The notes beneath the pieces were generated by a model. The model saw nothing but the letters and a program-made list of their open reading frames with translations, searched no databases and had not been told where the DNA came from. Below, one piece after another: positions 13,446 to 25,194 of a stretch of DNA of 64,000 bases. Position numbers and translations under genes: made by a program. Position 1 is the first letter of the stretch; each line of letters starts with the position of its first letter. Origin of the DNA: the human T2T-CHM13v2.0 reference genome, Homo sapiens; NCBI RefSeq assembly GCF_009914755.1, contig NC_060935.1. The stretch is one strand, 5' to 3'.

Positions 13446-13504
13446 CTAGGAAGGAAGTACTATTTGAGAATCTTGTGTAGTAAGGTGATTTCCAGATGTT
13501 GGAC
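13446..13504 (-). CDS. CARD17: CARD17 exon 3, ending in stop codon TAG
   Basis: tttctctag|GTCCAACATCTGG...CCTTCCTAG|gtaat. Confidence 0.92.
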
Positions 13505-15497
13505 CTAGAGAAAGAAGAAGGACATTGAAATAGTCACTTATCATCTCTGGAAAACTTTACCCTAATGCTTACAACACTCCCCACTAAAGATTCCTCCCAC
13601 AACCCTGACTGAACGACATTAAATAACGTTCAAAATGTTCTTTAATTTAGAGAGTCGTGGGGGTATAAAATGAAAGAGACATTGTCAGAAAAATATGACA
13701 TTTATTACACATAGATGAAAACATAAACTTCTCCCATGTCTGCTTAGACAGGCGTAAGCTTCCTCTAACCCTTAGAAAACAAAACAAAACAAAAAAAGCC
13801 TTTTACTTTGAAAGAACATCTGCCTCTGAAGTGGCATTGGAAAGTACCACAGAGACCAGTAACTAGGAGTCCACCAGAACTCTCATCCTCACCATGTGGT
13901 AGGTCCAAGGGATCACAGGAATGGGCCAACTCATTTCCTGTGCACTGTATCAGGTCACAAGGTGGCCACAAATGGAGGCAGTCCAGGGCTCACAGCATGA
14001 TCCACAGCCTGATAACAGGCAAGTGGGTGATCTTACTCAAAAGAAAATGCAAGGAGGCAACGGGAGGAAAAAGCCAACTTGAAATCCTTACTTTTCTATA
14101 ATCATTCAGTGTATTCTCTGAGTATATCACCACTTTTGAAATATAACTTATTCTTCTTGGAGGGCAATATTTTGGAGAGAAGTTATAAAACGTATTTAAT
14201 TACAGACTTTAAACCTTCATGACAGACAACTACATAAGTGCCTGGGTACACCCTGGACTCAAAAATACTAAATCAATCAATAAATATTGTGCCTCGCCTG
14301 GAACAGTGGAACATATAGTGTGAAGCTTTTTAGATAGTTCTCATAACCTTCAGGAAATCAGCTACCGCTTACTCAGAACAGGAAATGTGCTTTAATCAGA
14401 AGAGGGCCACTGAGGATGAGTAAACAGAAACGAAGGAGAGTCAAGGGACATGCAGTAGGGCCCGTGTTACAGAAATATTGCCTGAAGCCAGAGAGAAGGA
14501 AGTTTTCTGCAACTTAACATGACTAGTAAAGACATCACATGGTAGTCACAATGACAGGCCCTAGGTGAACTTGAGTATGAGTCACTGATCCTTACCTGCT
14601 GAGAGTCCCAGCGTCCCTGCCAGGTGACTGTCTTCTTCACAAATGTATGTGATGCAAATTTGGCATGCTGGAGCCCCTTTCCGAATAACAGAGTCAAGCA
14701 AAGCTCGGGCCTTATCCATAACTGTAGCATTTTCACATTTTACTATCTCTATCTCTTCCTGGCTCAGCACCCTTGTCTCCAATAATTCACCCAGTAAGCC
14801 ATTTATTGTACCTTCGCCCACTGAACGGATAAACTGCTTTCTCTTCTCCTTCAGGACCTTGTCTGTTTGGAGCACAAGGATTTCTCACATCATGAAAACA
14901 GCCTCATATTCCTCTCATGTCATCACCAGAAGGCAACCTCATTTAGATTTCATCAGTGAAATGTCCCCCTCCTCACAGTTGGGTAATCCCTCTTCTTACT
15001 TTATCGCTGTACTACTTATTTCCCTCAATAGTCTCCATACATGTGCATGGAGTGGCCTGAAGACTCAGTTTACCATTTCCACATTAGTCCCTGGAAAGCA
15101 GAAATCATCCTCTTATGTCACATGATTATTTAACTCTGAATAATAAAGTAATGAAACAGAAATAGCCCATTTCATTTAGGAACCACTGCTGCTAGTACTC
15201 CTCCTGTGCCAATTCTGTAGCCTCTGCCACACTTACAACATGTAAGAGTTTAAATAAGATTGCAAAATGACAGCAAGCTGCTCCTAAAGCCTCAGTTCCT
15301 TTCTGGGCTTTCCTTTCCTTTCTAAAGGCTGCAAGAGTCATCTAATTTCTTCTCTCCTCACTCTCCTCCCTGTCCCTCACTTTTGCTCACATAAACCTCC
15401 ACAGATACTGATGATAGCTTCCAGAAGAGCAAGCGCCTTCCACAACTTTTTCCTCCCAGGGGCCTGTTTTTGGGACAGTAAAAGACTCACCGGCCAT
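13446..15497 (-). CDS. CARD17: CARD17 (INCA), CARD-only caspase-1 inhibitor, 110 aa; join(15491..15497,14596..14862,13446..13504)
   Basis: gccATGGCCG|gtgag at 15497; 267-nt CARD exon with cag/gtaag ends; 59-nt exon 3. Spliced product: [110 protein letters not shown]. 7+267+59=333 nt. Matches INCA as I recall it (locus is now often labelled CARD17P). Confidence 0.95.
14596..14862 (-). CDS. CARD17: CARD17 exon 2 (CARD domain)
   Basis: Within ORF 14582..14875; acceptor ccaaacag, donor gtaag; 267 nt. Confidence 0.96.
15491..15497 (-). CDS. CARD17: CARD17 exon 1 coding part (ATGGCCG)
   Basis: Strong Kozak aaaagccATGG followed by donor gtgagt. Confidence 0.93.
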
Positions 15498-15528
15498 GGC
15501 TTTTCTCTCCTCCCTTCTTGTGTAAGCT

Positions 15529-15539
15529 GAAACTGAAAG
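15529..15539. promoter_or_regulatory. ISRE/IRF element upstream of the CARD17 ATG
   Basis: GAAACTGAAAG fits GAAANNGAAA; equivalent to the CASP1 IRF-1 site. Confidence 0.75.
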
Positions 15540-15566
15540 CATGCATCACCTTTCTTTTTACCTTCC

Positions 15567-15573
15567 TTTTATA
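15567..15573 (-). promoter_or_regulatory. TATA-like box of CARD17
   Basis: TATAAAA on the minus strand, ~70 nt upstream of the ATG. Confidence 0.45.
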
Positions 15574-15611
15574 CATTTTGGCAGGGCATGTACACATATT
15601 GGGAAACCACT

Positions 15612-15631
15612 GCACATGCATATGCATGTCT
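15612..15631. promoter_or_regulatory. p53-family response element
   Basis: AGACATGCAT ATGCATGTGC: two abutting RRRCWWGYYY-like half sites containing the palindrome ACATGCATATGCATGT. Confidence 0.6.
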
Positions 15632-16020
15632 TTTTTTATTTTTTCATTTTTTTAATAGAGTAAGATTCAGATTCCTGAACTGTAGGCTGCAACAGAGAGT
15701 GTATCTTTGGGAAATTTTCTTCACCAGCCCTTTGAACAAGTCAGGGTAGGAGGGGAATGGGGCTTGGAGAATAAGACAAGAATGACAAAGTATGTGTACA
15801 ATTAAACTCATAGTGAAGAATTTCTCATTCGTTAGAAAGCTTGATGGAGAAAAGTAACACAACCTTTAGAGAATTTGAACCACTGCTCTCCTGGGCCCAT
15901 TTCACAGTCTAGGTAAAGTCATGGGAAATGTATGTCCCTGTGAAGCAATTTTACTTCAAGAAATGAACACATTTTTCACATAAATTAAAGCTTTTCCTAT
16001 TTAATGTCCTTCCTTTTCAG

Positions 16021-16328
16021 TTGTTTTTTCTTTTTTCTTTTTCTGATACAGAATTTTATTCTGTCACACAGGCTGGAGTGCAGTGGCACTAACAGGGCTC
16101 ACAGCAGCCTCCACCTCCCTAGGCTCAGATGATCCTCTCAGCTCTGCCTCCCAAGTAGCTGGGAACACAAGCACATGCTACCACGGCTGGATAATATTTT
16201 TATGTTTGTAAAGACAAGGTCTCCCTATGTTTCCTAGGCTGTTTTTGATATTCTGCACTCAAGCAATTCACCCACGTTGGCCTCCCAAACTGCTGGGATT
16301 ACAGCTGTGAGCCACCCACCCATCCTGG
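16021..16328 (-). mobile_element. Alu (old, AluJ-like)
   Basis: T-rich head, caggctggagtgcagtggc, gctgggattacag. Confidence 0.9.
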
Positions 16329-16364
16329 ATGGCTTTCTTTTGAGGAACATTACCTCATAGAGGC

Positions 16365-16570
16365 CTGGAGCACAGGCTCTGGACTCAGAATGTTGAACTT
16401 AGCATCTTAAACTTCATTTCTTGGGCAAGAAATTGAACTTCCCTATGCATTAGTTCCTCTGCCTGTGAAATAATTTTAATAATAGTACATACCTACACAT
16501 TGAGCATTAAGTGAGACAAAATGTACAAAATGCATGCAACATTGCCTGGCAAATGGTAAGCAGATAATGA
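16365..16570 (+). mobile_element. MIR
   Basis: gcacaggctctggactcaga...ttgggcaag...attgcctggcaaatggtaag. Confidence 0.7.
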
Positions 16571-17679
16571 GTGATATTACTATAATTAATACAAATATTT
16601 TACATTAGAAAAATCAAGGTTAATTATTTGCAGATTATCCAGCTAAGTTTATCTTTCGTTAGACTCTTCAAGCAGTGCATCTAGTCATTCACTCAACAAA
16701 TATATATGGACGATATGGTTCTAGGAGCCAGGGGTTCAGTCAAAACATATCATGGTCATTTCCCCCTTGCTCTCACATACAAGAGGGGAAGACAAACATG
16801 AAGCCTGGTATGTAGTATGTAACTGGAATATTCAGAATGTGCAAATATGGCAAGTGATGAGAAGAATAAGAAATTAGTTGGAGAAATGGGAGACAAAATA
16901 TTTTAGGACTCATGAAAACTGTAGAATGAGAAGCCAGAGAAGGCCAGAAGAGGTCTCTGTCTTTGCAAGCACATGTTCAATTGATAATTCCAGAAATAAA
17001 CTCAATGCGGCCAATTTATTTTATGAACCTCTTTGATGCAAGTTGGACTAATAAAAAAAATGCAGACAGTACTTCACATTTATCAATTTCTTTAAAAAAA
17101 ACTTTCTTGTGTCATTACCTTGTTATCTTTGGAGAATAAGGACCAGGAGTCACAAAAACATCCACCTTTTGACATGTGGGCCACCAATGTTACTTCCTGT
17201 GCTCTAAGCGATGAGTTAAACGTGTTTAGGTTAGACTAGAATGCACTGTGTAGAAGGAAAATAATGTGGCTTTTAACCTAAGGGCTTTCTCATGATTTTT
17301 TTTTATCTTTACTTTGTCAATGACCTAGTCAGATTGCAGCAAAATCTTGAGCTCCTTGACAGTGGGAGGATTTGGAGCATGGAAGAAAGCAGAAATTACC
17401 TGTGCATCACTTCTCTTCCATTCATTTACTTTTACATTTATGTACTGATTCTTTTATTTTCTCTATTAACTTAAGGATTTCACACATAGTTTTCTCCCCC
17501 AGGCAGAGCCATGAATCAGTGAGTTAAAGTATGACAAAATGGCACCCAGGACACAGAAGCCATGACTAGACCATATATATAGGGATGTAGAACCATGAGC
17601 CATGAGTCTTTTGTCCTGGGAAGCTAAGCATTGAGCCACTAGATTACAAGTGCCCACTGTTTCCTCAAAAATGAAGATG

Positions 17680-18140
17680 TCATAAACTGGCAACAACTCA
17701 ATATCCAATTCAGGAGCATAAATAAACAATTTGTGCTATACACATACACTGAAATGCTATTCAGTCATAAAAAGGAAATATTACCAAAATATGCAATAAC
17801 ATGGATAAAAATATTATGTTTTAAATATGAGTGAAAGAAGCCATGTAGGAAGGAACACATACCCTGTGATTCCAATTATATAAAGTTCTAAATTAGAAAA
17901 CAACTAACGTATAGTGAAATAAATTCAATCACAACTTATCTGAGGAGGAAGTGGAAGGAGATTAAGAAGAAAGGGTATGACAAAACTTTCTGCAGTGACA
18001 TAATTGGTTTGCCTATTCATTAGGAAGTTATTATACTAAATATCCTCTAATCATTAATAACCAACTTGCATTCTTAAAAGGGGTATGTTTTCTTTTATGT
18101 AAATTATACTGAAATAACGTTAAAATTTTGAAATGAAAAA
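17680..18140 (+). mobile_element. Old L1M 3' fragment
   Basis: gaaatgctattcagtcataaaaaggaa...gagtgaaagaagcca. Confidence 0.65.
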
Positions 18141-18189
18141 GGTCAGTGGTAGTAATAATAGACTGCTCAGCAGGCTGGCCAGTTATAAA

Positions 18190-21113
18190 CTTTGCCATGG
18201 GTCCCTGAAACCAATACTCTATGAAATTCCTCTGTCTTGTTTGGTCTCCTTAAGAGCTTAATCTTGTGACCATATGTGGATACTTTCTATTGGTTTACAC
18301 CATCCAGCCCTAAAATTTTTTCTTGAGCAGTTAAAAGCCTTGGCACGGTTAACATTGGCTTCTCTAGGCTCCTTCTGGGACTAGCACTAGAAACTGCTCA
18401 ATGCTGTAATTCAGTAGGTAAGACTTTGCCTTTTGACAATAGTGGCCTAGGCTCTATTCTTGGCTTCTGGAATGATTTCTTTCTGGTTTGCTATTTGCAT
18501 AACTTTGCCATTTAATGAGGTTCCCCCACAACCCCACGGATAGCTTCTGACTTCCTCTCTTGAATTTTCCTTGCTCTGAACTACCTTGGGGAAATTCTAA
18601 ATCTTGTAAAAAGAAACTGCTTACCATGTCTTTGAAGTGCATGGGAGGTTACTTTTGGTAAAGTTCAAAAGCCAGAAATATTGGCTGCTTGGCTAAAGTT
18701 GAGTAATAAGAAATTTAAAATGATTTTTTAAAGAGCACTATGGTTAAAATTCAGCTTAATTAAAAGTGAATAAACAAACTATGGATACACTTAAAAGGCC
18801 TTCATGTTTTTCTCTTCTTGGATCTCGTTTTTCTGTAAAAGGTTTTTTTCTTCTTAGTCAAGTGAATTATTTTTCTCCATTTTTGTCTTGCCACTCTTAA
18901 TGCACACATGAGAGGCCCTAAGATAACTTCTGGTAGCCTGGGACTCCTTGGGAAAAACAGAGGAGGAACCATAGACCTTGTTTTGGAAAACAAACAAACA
19001 ACAAAAAACAAACAAAAAAAACCCCCCTCTGTTTTCTTCCTTAAACCCCAGGAATTCAATGTACATAGATCCCTCTCAAAATCAAAGGCTCTGTTCTGTT
19101 TTGCACTGTGTTATCTGACAGTTTGAGTTTTGGGGGTATCAGAAATTACTTTGTATTATGAAAGAGCTTTGATATGTACTAACTAGGCTGGAAATATATA
19201 TAATGGATGGCTAAGAGTATTTTTGGAGGGATACTTGGCTCTTTGCACACTTGGATTAGAGAAACATGCTCTTGGAAACCTGGAAGATATGGAAATATCC
19301 TCACCTCTGACTGAGAGATGAGACTCCCATGGGCTTGGGCTGATTTCAAAATGGGCTGATTGGTTTTAGGTTGCCTTGCAACAAAATGCAGGGTAGAAGC
19401 ACTTCACTGTCTTCTCCGGTAGTACTTCCATCCTTTTGGGGATCCCAAATCCAGTATAAAATGGCACCCTTAATTTTGGAGATCTGTCTTTCCCTTCACC
19501 TGTGGCTGTGTATTTACTTGGAAAAAAATGCATGCTTTCCTGACCCTGTTTCTCCAAGGGATCCACCCTGAAGCTGGTAATCCAATTAAAAATCTGGCAA
19601 ATAAAAAATCTTACAAGTGCTGAATCTTCTGTCTGTGTATTTATATAAACTTCTATAATTCTGATATTATTTAGTGTATATTATTAGTAATTATCATTGT
19701 TATGTAAAATTGATGGATGCCACAGAAGTAAGCAAAATTTCTAGTCAATTGTAACTTTAATAGTGTCTATAGGCATTTGTCATCCACAGATATTTTATCC
19801 TGCTTTGGTCCTTTTGAAAAGGCAGTTTATAATCAGATATAAGACTCTGAGTGCAGGTATCAGATAACTTTAAAAATTGTCCTATTGGAATAGAAGAAAA
19901 AATGAAACTTCTAGGACTCTCAGGGAGAGCGCATGTGTTAAACATCACTAATCCTTTTGTTTTCAGAGTTAAGATAACTTATTTCTTTAGAGCTATTTGC
20001 AACTTTTAACAAGTGAGTAAAATATGCTCCTGTGAAAAAATTTTGAACCATGTTTGTTTCTCTCTACCTGATTTCTCCAGAATTTGGAAGCTATTTGTAA
20101 GTATTCACAATTTATGGCAGAATAGTTAATTGCATAAGTACAATAAGAATCTGTTTTCTTTTTTAACAGGACACAATTGGAGAAATTGGTTATTTTACCA
20201 AGAATTTGACTGGAATGGCATGCTTCCTTTAAAGAATCAAAGTTGACTTATAGAGACAATAAAACCCCTTGGGGAATCTGGCTTCATACCTTGTCTACAC
20301 AGAGTCCTTGTACAAGTTTCTTGATCTCTGGTAAGTAAGAATATCACTGTCTAACAGGTTCAGGAGCTCCAGTTTATCTTGGAACCTTGAGAGGAGAGGA
20401 ATTTATCCAACTCATAGGTATTTGAGGGTACAAATGCATGGCTGGGCTCGGCTCTTGAAAAGTCTTATCTGAGATTCCTCATGGAACAGAGTTGCATCAA
20501 AGCCAATTTAAACAAAAAACAGCCTAACTGAAAAATAATTATTCTTGTTGCACCTTATGCAAATAATCAGGTCAAGTACAAAAAGACTAAAGCTTATTTT
20601 TGTAAACAAATTATTTCTGTCATAATTTGTTCTTAATAAAAATGAGTCTGGAAAGAGAAAAATTATCCTTCAAAAGAAAACATATAATATACCTGTTGTT
20701 AGTTGTCCTTGAGTTTTTTTTTTTTTCCTGCAGTTTGGAATAAATCCTAAATTCTTTGTAGATTAGAAGTCCCCAAACTAGTGCTTTCAAATCTTTGCTT
20801 TTAAAATTGGGAATTTTACTCCTCATCCTAGGATTTGTTATTTACCTTACAGGAGGCTGTTCACATAAATACTGTAGTAAAACTACAGAGAAGAGTAGTA
20901 ATGTTTTTGCATTGCAAGCATTGGAAGCCCAGTCAGGCCTGCATGAGTATGCTCAGACAGTTGCAAAGTGGTTCCAATCTTCTCAACTTGGGGTTCACTC
21001 CAATTTCCACTATGTCCCAACAGCAGGTAGAAGCCAGTGTGATCAATGGTGTTTTCCCATCTTCGCAGCCTACATCTTAAGACTAAGCTGTTATAAAACC
21101 CAAAGGAATGGAT
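18190..21113 (+). mobile_element. ERV1 internal sequence (HUERS-P1/MER4-group-like), non-coding
   Basis: MER4-group-like internal sequence ending in a purine tract directly before the LTR. Confidence 0.65.
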
Positions 21114-21841
21114 TGACACTACCTTTACAATATTGCAACTGAGGAAATTATGACAGTGAAAGAAATCAGACCTAACCAACTCCATCTTGCTTCTAACACT
21201 TAAGCTGTCCTTCTTCATTCATGGGCATAGGCTGAACTAACTTTGGGAAGGAATTCAGTTCATGGTCTGACTCTGAAACAAAATTGATTACAGTCCTTTC
21301 CCAAAAAGACCCCTTCTTGCCTGGGGTCCAGTCTGCCTTTGCAGGACTAACAAATTAGCTACAAGATTAAAAATTACAATTTAAGTGTCATGCAACCTCT
21401 GGCTCCTAGAGTCTGAACGTCCCCAACATGCTCCGGGGATAATATCACTATTGTGAAACCTAAGATCAGCACTTAAGATATTTTTCAGACACTGCACTCA
21501 GTGGATCAGCTGACACTACCCAGACCCGTAATCTAACCCAACCAGGCTGCCATCGCACCCAGGAAGAGAAGACAGCAAGAAAACCTCACTTTGACACCCT
21601 ATGATTCCATCTCCCACCTAACTAATCAGCACTCCCTACTTCCTAAGCCCCTACCGGCCAAATTATCTTTAAACATTCTGATTTCTGAATGCTCGGGGAG
21701 ACTGATTTAAGTAATAACAAAACTCTCATCACCCACACAGCCGGCTGTGAGTCAATTACTGTTTCCTGATTGCAATTCCCCTACCCTGATAAATCAGCTC
21801 TGTCTAAGCAGTGGACAAGGTGAACCCATTGGATGGCAACA
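21114..21841 (+). mobile_element. LTR8-like 3' LTR
   Basis: TG...CA ends; gaggaaattatgacagtgaaagaaatcagacctaaccaactccatcttgcttctaac. Confidence 0.8.
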
Positions 21842-21954
21842 AATCCTTAATAGCAAACCAGGTAAGTTTGATTTCATTAACAGACGTTAAGTACACAGTG
21901 GGTTTCAAGCAGAAAGAAGCCATGTTCATTCCCCTATCCATTCAGGAATATATA

Positions 21955-22247
<293 letters not shown>

Positions 22248-25194
22248 CCTTTCAGGAATATTTAATGATCATTAATTCTTAACTTATTCTCCTAGTGTTG
22301 GGGGTACCATTTTGGAAACATGTTCGTACACTTTAAAGCTTGCAATCAAGTGGATAGATATGCAAATAAGTAAAATGAAACATAAGAATGTAAATAATGA
22401 GATGCTTAAGAAAACCATAAGTAAACAATGTCTCAGGTGGAAGATAGCTCTCCAGAGAAGAGAGGGCTTGGCACTGAATCTGGAAGGACTAGTAGGAATT
22501 TATCCCTTGGACAACTGGGGGTTGGTCTCCTGGCAGAGAGCAGTGTGGGAAGAAGCACAAAGGCTTGAGAGCGTCTCATGTAACCACAAAACTGGGAGAG
22601 CTGGGCTTTAGAAGGAATAGAAATGTGAAGCCAAGACTGAAGTGGGAGTGATCAGACTCAGGGCAAGTATTTGAAGATGTTTGCAGAAAGGTAGATTAAT
22701 GGCAGAGTTTGAGAAGCATGCCAACCTGAAATCACTCCTCTCAACAGACTTTTGACCTAAAGCATATTTTGAAGGCATTCTCTAAGTTTCCCCTTCAATT
22801 ATAATATGGCAATAATAGCACAACTGTATTGATTGGTTTTAAATATTAAATCAGAGAGAGTGCATGAAATAGCTATCATACGGTAAGTATTTTTCAAAGA
22901 AACCGTTATTATAGATTATTTTTTATTATTATAATAATCACTGAATGAAAGCTGCAGTGTTAATAAAAATGGAAGGAATCAATTAGAGGAAAAAAACTCA
23001 TCAGGACCACAGTTTTGGTTCCACATAAGGTGATGTAATGCTTAAACACATTATAGGATACAATTCCTCAGGAGTTTAAGGTAACAATAGCTGTCTACAC
23101 TTGTTTGTCTATAATTATCAGACCATGACTTGTTTTTGACTAGTGGCTTTCAATTTCTCCTATCTATTATCTAATGATCCCTTGATTCTGAGCTTAAGTT
23201 AAATGTTATGAGGTGAGATATAAAACCCGGATACAATTGGTCTATAGGGAGAATCAAAGGAATAAAGAAACTCAACAACAAGAAAATATGACTGAAGTAA
23301 ATACAGTAATTTTTTATGAAGCTGAAATCATGCTTTACAGGAATTAATGGAAAAAATGAATACACATGTTTCAGAAGGTAGAGAAACTTGTCTGAAAGTT
23401 CAGATTTTTTTTAAGAAAGGCAATAAGGTGCCACTGTATGTCCATGAGCAAAGTTAATTACATTAATAGATCACTAGCAGGTAAGCAGAGAGAGTTAACT
23501 AACTGATCAACCTTCCTAATGACACTAATATGCAGACAAACCTATGCCAGGCCAGTTTCATAAGAATTATCTGCAGATCTTCAAATGGCAATAAATGCCT
23601 GCAGGATATTTAAGATTGAGCTATTCAGGGTGAGGAAGGGGGTAGTCATCAGACATTTTTATATGACTACAGATTACTGTGATATTTTATAAGGTTTAGA
23701 ATCCACTGATCTGGTTCAATTTCTCCCTTTTCCTATGAGGAGAATGAAGCCAAAGAAGCGTTATGACCTGCTGGAATACTAGCTGCCTAAGTAACTCATG
23801 ACTATCTCTTAGGCTTTTTCAGCTTCGTTATATAAGACAGGAGACCCAAAAGTTGTGTGCAGAATGGATCGGAGAGTTAAGTCCTGGAGAGAGGGAGACC
23901 ACTTAAAAACAACAACAGCAACAACCACACAAATGTGATAGTTACCTATGAAATATTGCATTAAAGTAGTCAGTACCTCGACCAGAGAAAGGGGTAAAAA
24001 TGGAATCACTTTAAACAAACCAAGGATATAATTCACAATAAGAGATGGCAAAGAGGTTAACAATTCAGAGGCTCTCAGGTCTGATTCTGGGAGGAATGTT
24101 TATGATCCGGGCAATTAACTTGGAATCAAGAGAAAGATTTCAGAGTGCATTTTGCAACTTCCAGGCTTGTCTCACACAAATAACTTCCTCTACCTTTCTT
24201 TACCCTTCCTTTGATTAACAGAAGCTGAAAGAAAGGAACTAACTTCTTTCTGGCTCGAAGACATCTGGAAAACATAGGATCTCCTTCAGTGTCTTTAGCA
24301 CCAGATCCTGTGATTCAAACTACACACAACCAATAAGAAAAAGAATTCAACATGCGTGCTACCGGTTCACCTCCTTTCTTGTGTTTATTACACATCAATA
24401 AATCAAGTGTTTACTGAGATCCTACTCTCAAGTTCCTAGTCAGAAAAGGAATCACCTGCCGTAGGTAACAGCCTGTGTTCTTTCCTACAGCATTGAAAAG
24501 AGCCTCAGACTAAAAAATGAAAGGAAATTGTGTATTTCTTTATTGTAAAGGGCAGAAACGTGCAATTACAGATTGTGAAACTGCTGCTTAGAATTCCAGG
24601 CTCATTGTAAGGAAGTGCCTTGTCGTCAGCAAGTTGGCATCCAAGTACTGGAACTTAGTTTCTTCCTGTGGGAGGAAAAAAAAAAAAGAAAAAGACAAAA
24701 CATTGTCCTGTGGGTTGACACCTCAGCCTGTTTCTTTTCCTTGTTTCCTGTGGCCCCTCTACTTCTTCTATCCATCTGTCTCTTCTCTTCCTGATCTCTC
24801 AGTTTTTCTTTCTCTGATCACAAAGAACCACAATGACTGAAGGAGTTTAATCTCACAAGTCTTCTTTCATTTCCTCATAAGAATTAACCAAATAGTTCAT
24901 ATTTCCTGCTTAAACTGTCTTAATGTATCATCACGATGTTTTCCCCTCTCTATCTCCCTTTTATTGGAGATAGTGCTGCAAGAACCCTGCGGTCTAATCC
25001 CTGGCATGCTTTCCTTTTACTACCTAAGATGGCCATAACATTTCATTTTTACTGAGGGTGAAATTTCACCTTTGCTTTTTAATATCCCCTGAATGAAAGC
25101 TGATTGTAGAAGGAGTCTCAGGCTGTAGTAGAATTAATGTGTGATTATACAAAAGAAATATGCACAGAAGAACAGTAAGTAAAAGGAGAAAGAA

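Noticed and set aside
14643-15125. 160-aa plus-strand ORF (and similar ones at 52951..53247, 10017..10220, 9611..9949)
   Set aside because: Antisense shadows of caspase exons, with no independent coding signal
18802-21218. Cluster of short ORFs in the ERV internal region
   Set aside because: No gag, pol or env motifs recognisable
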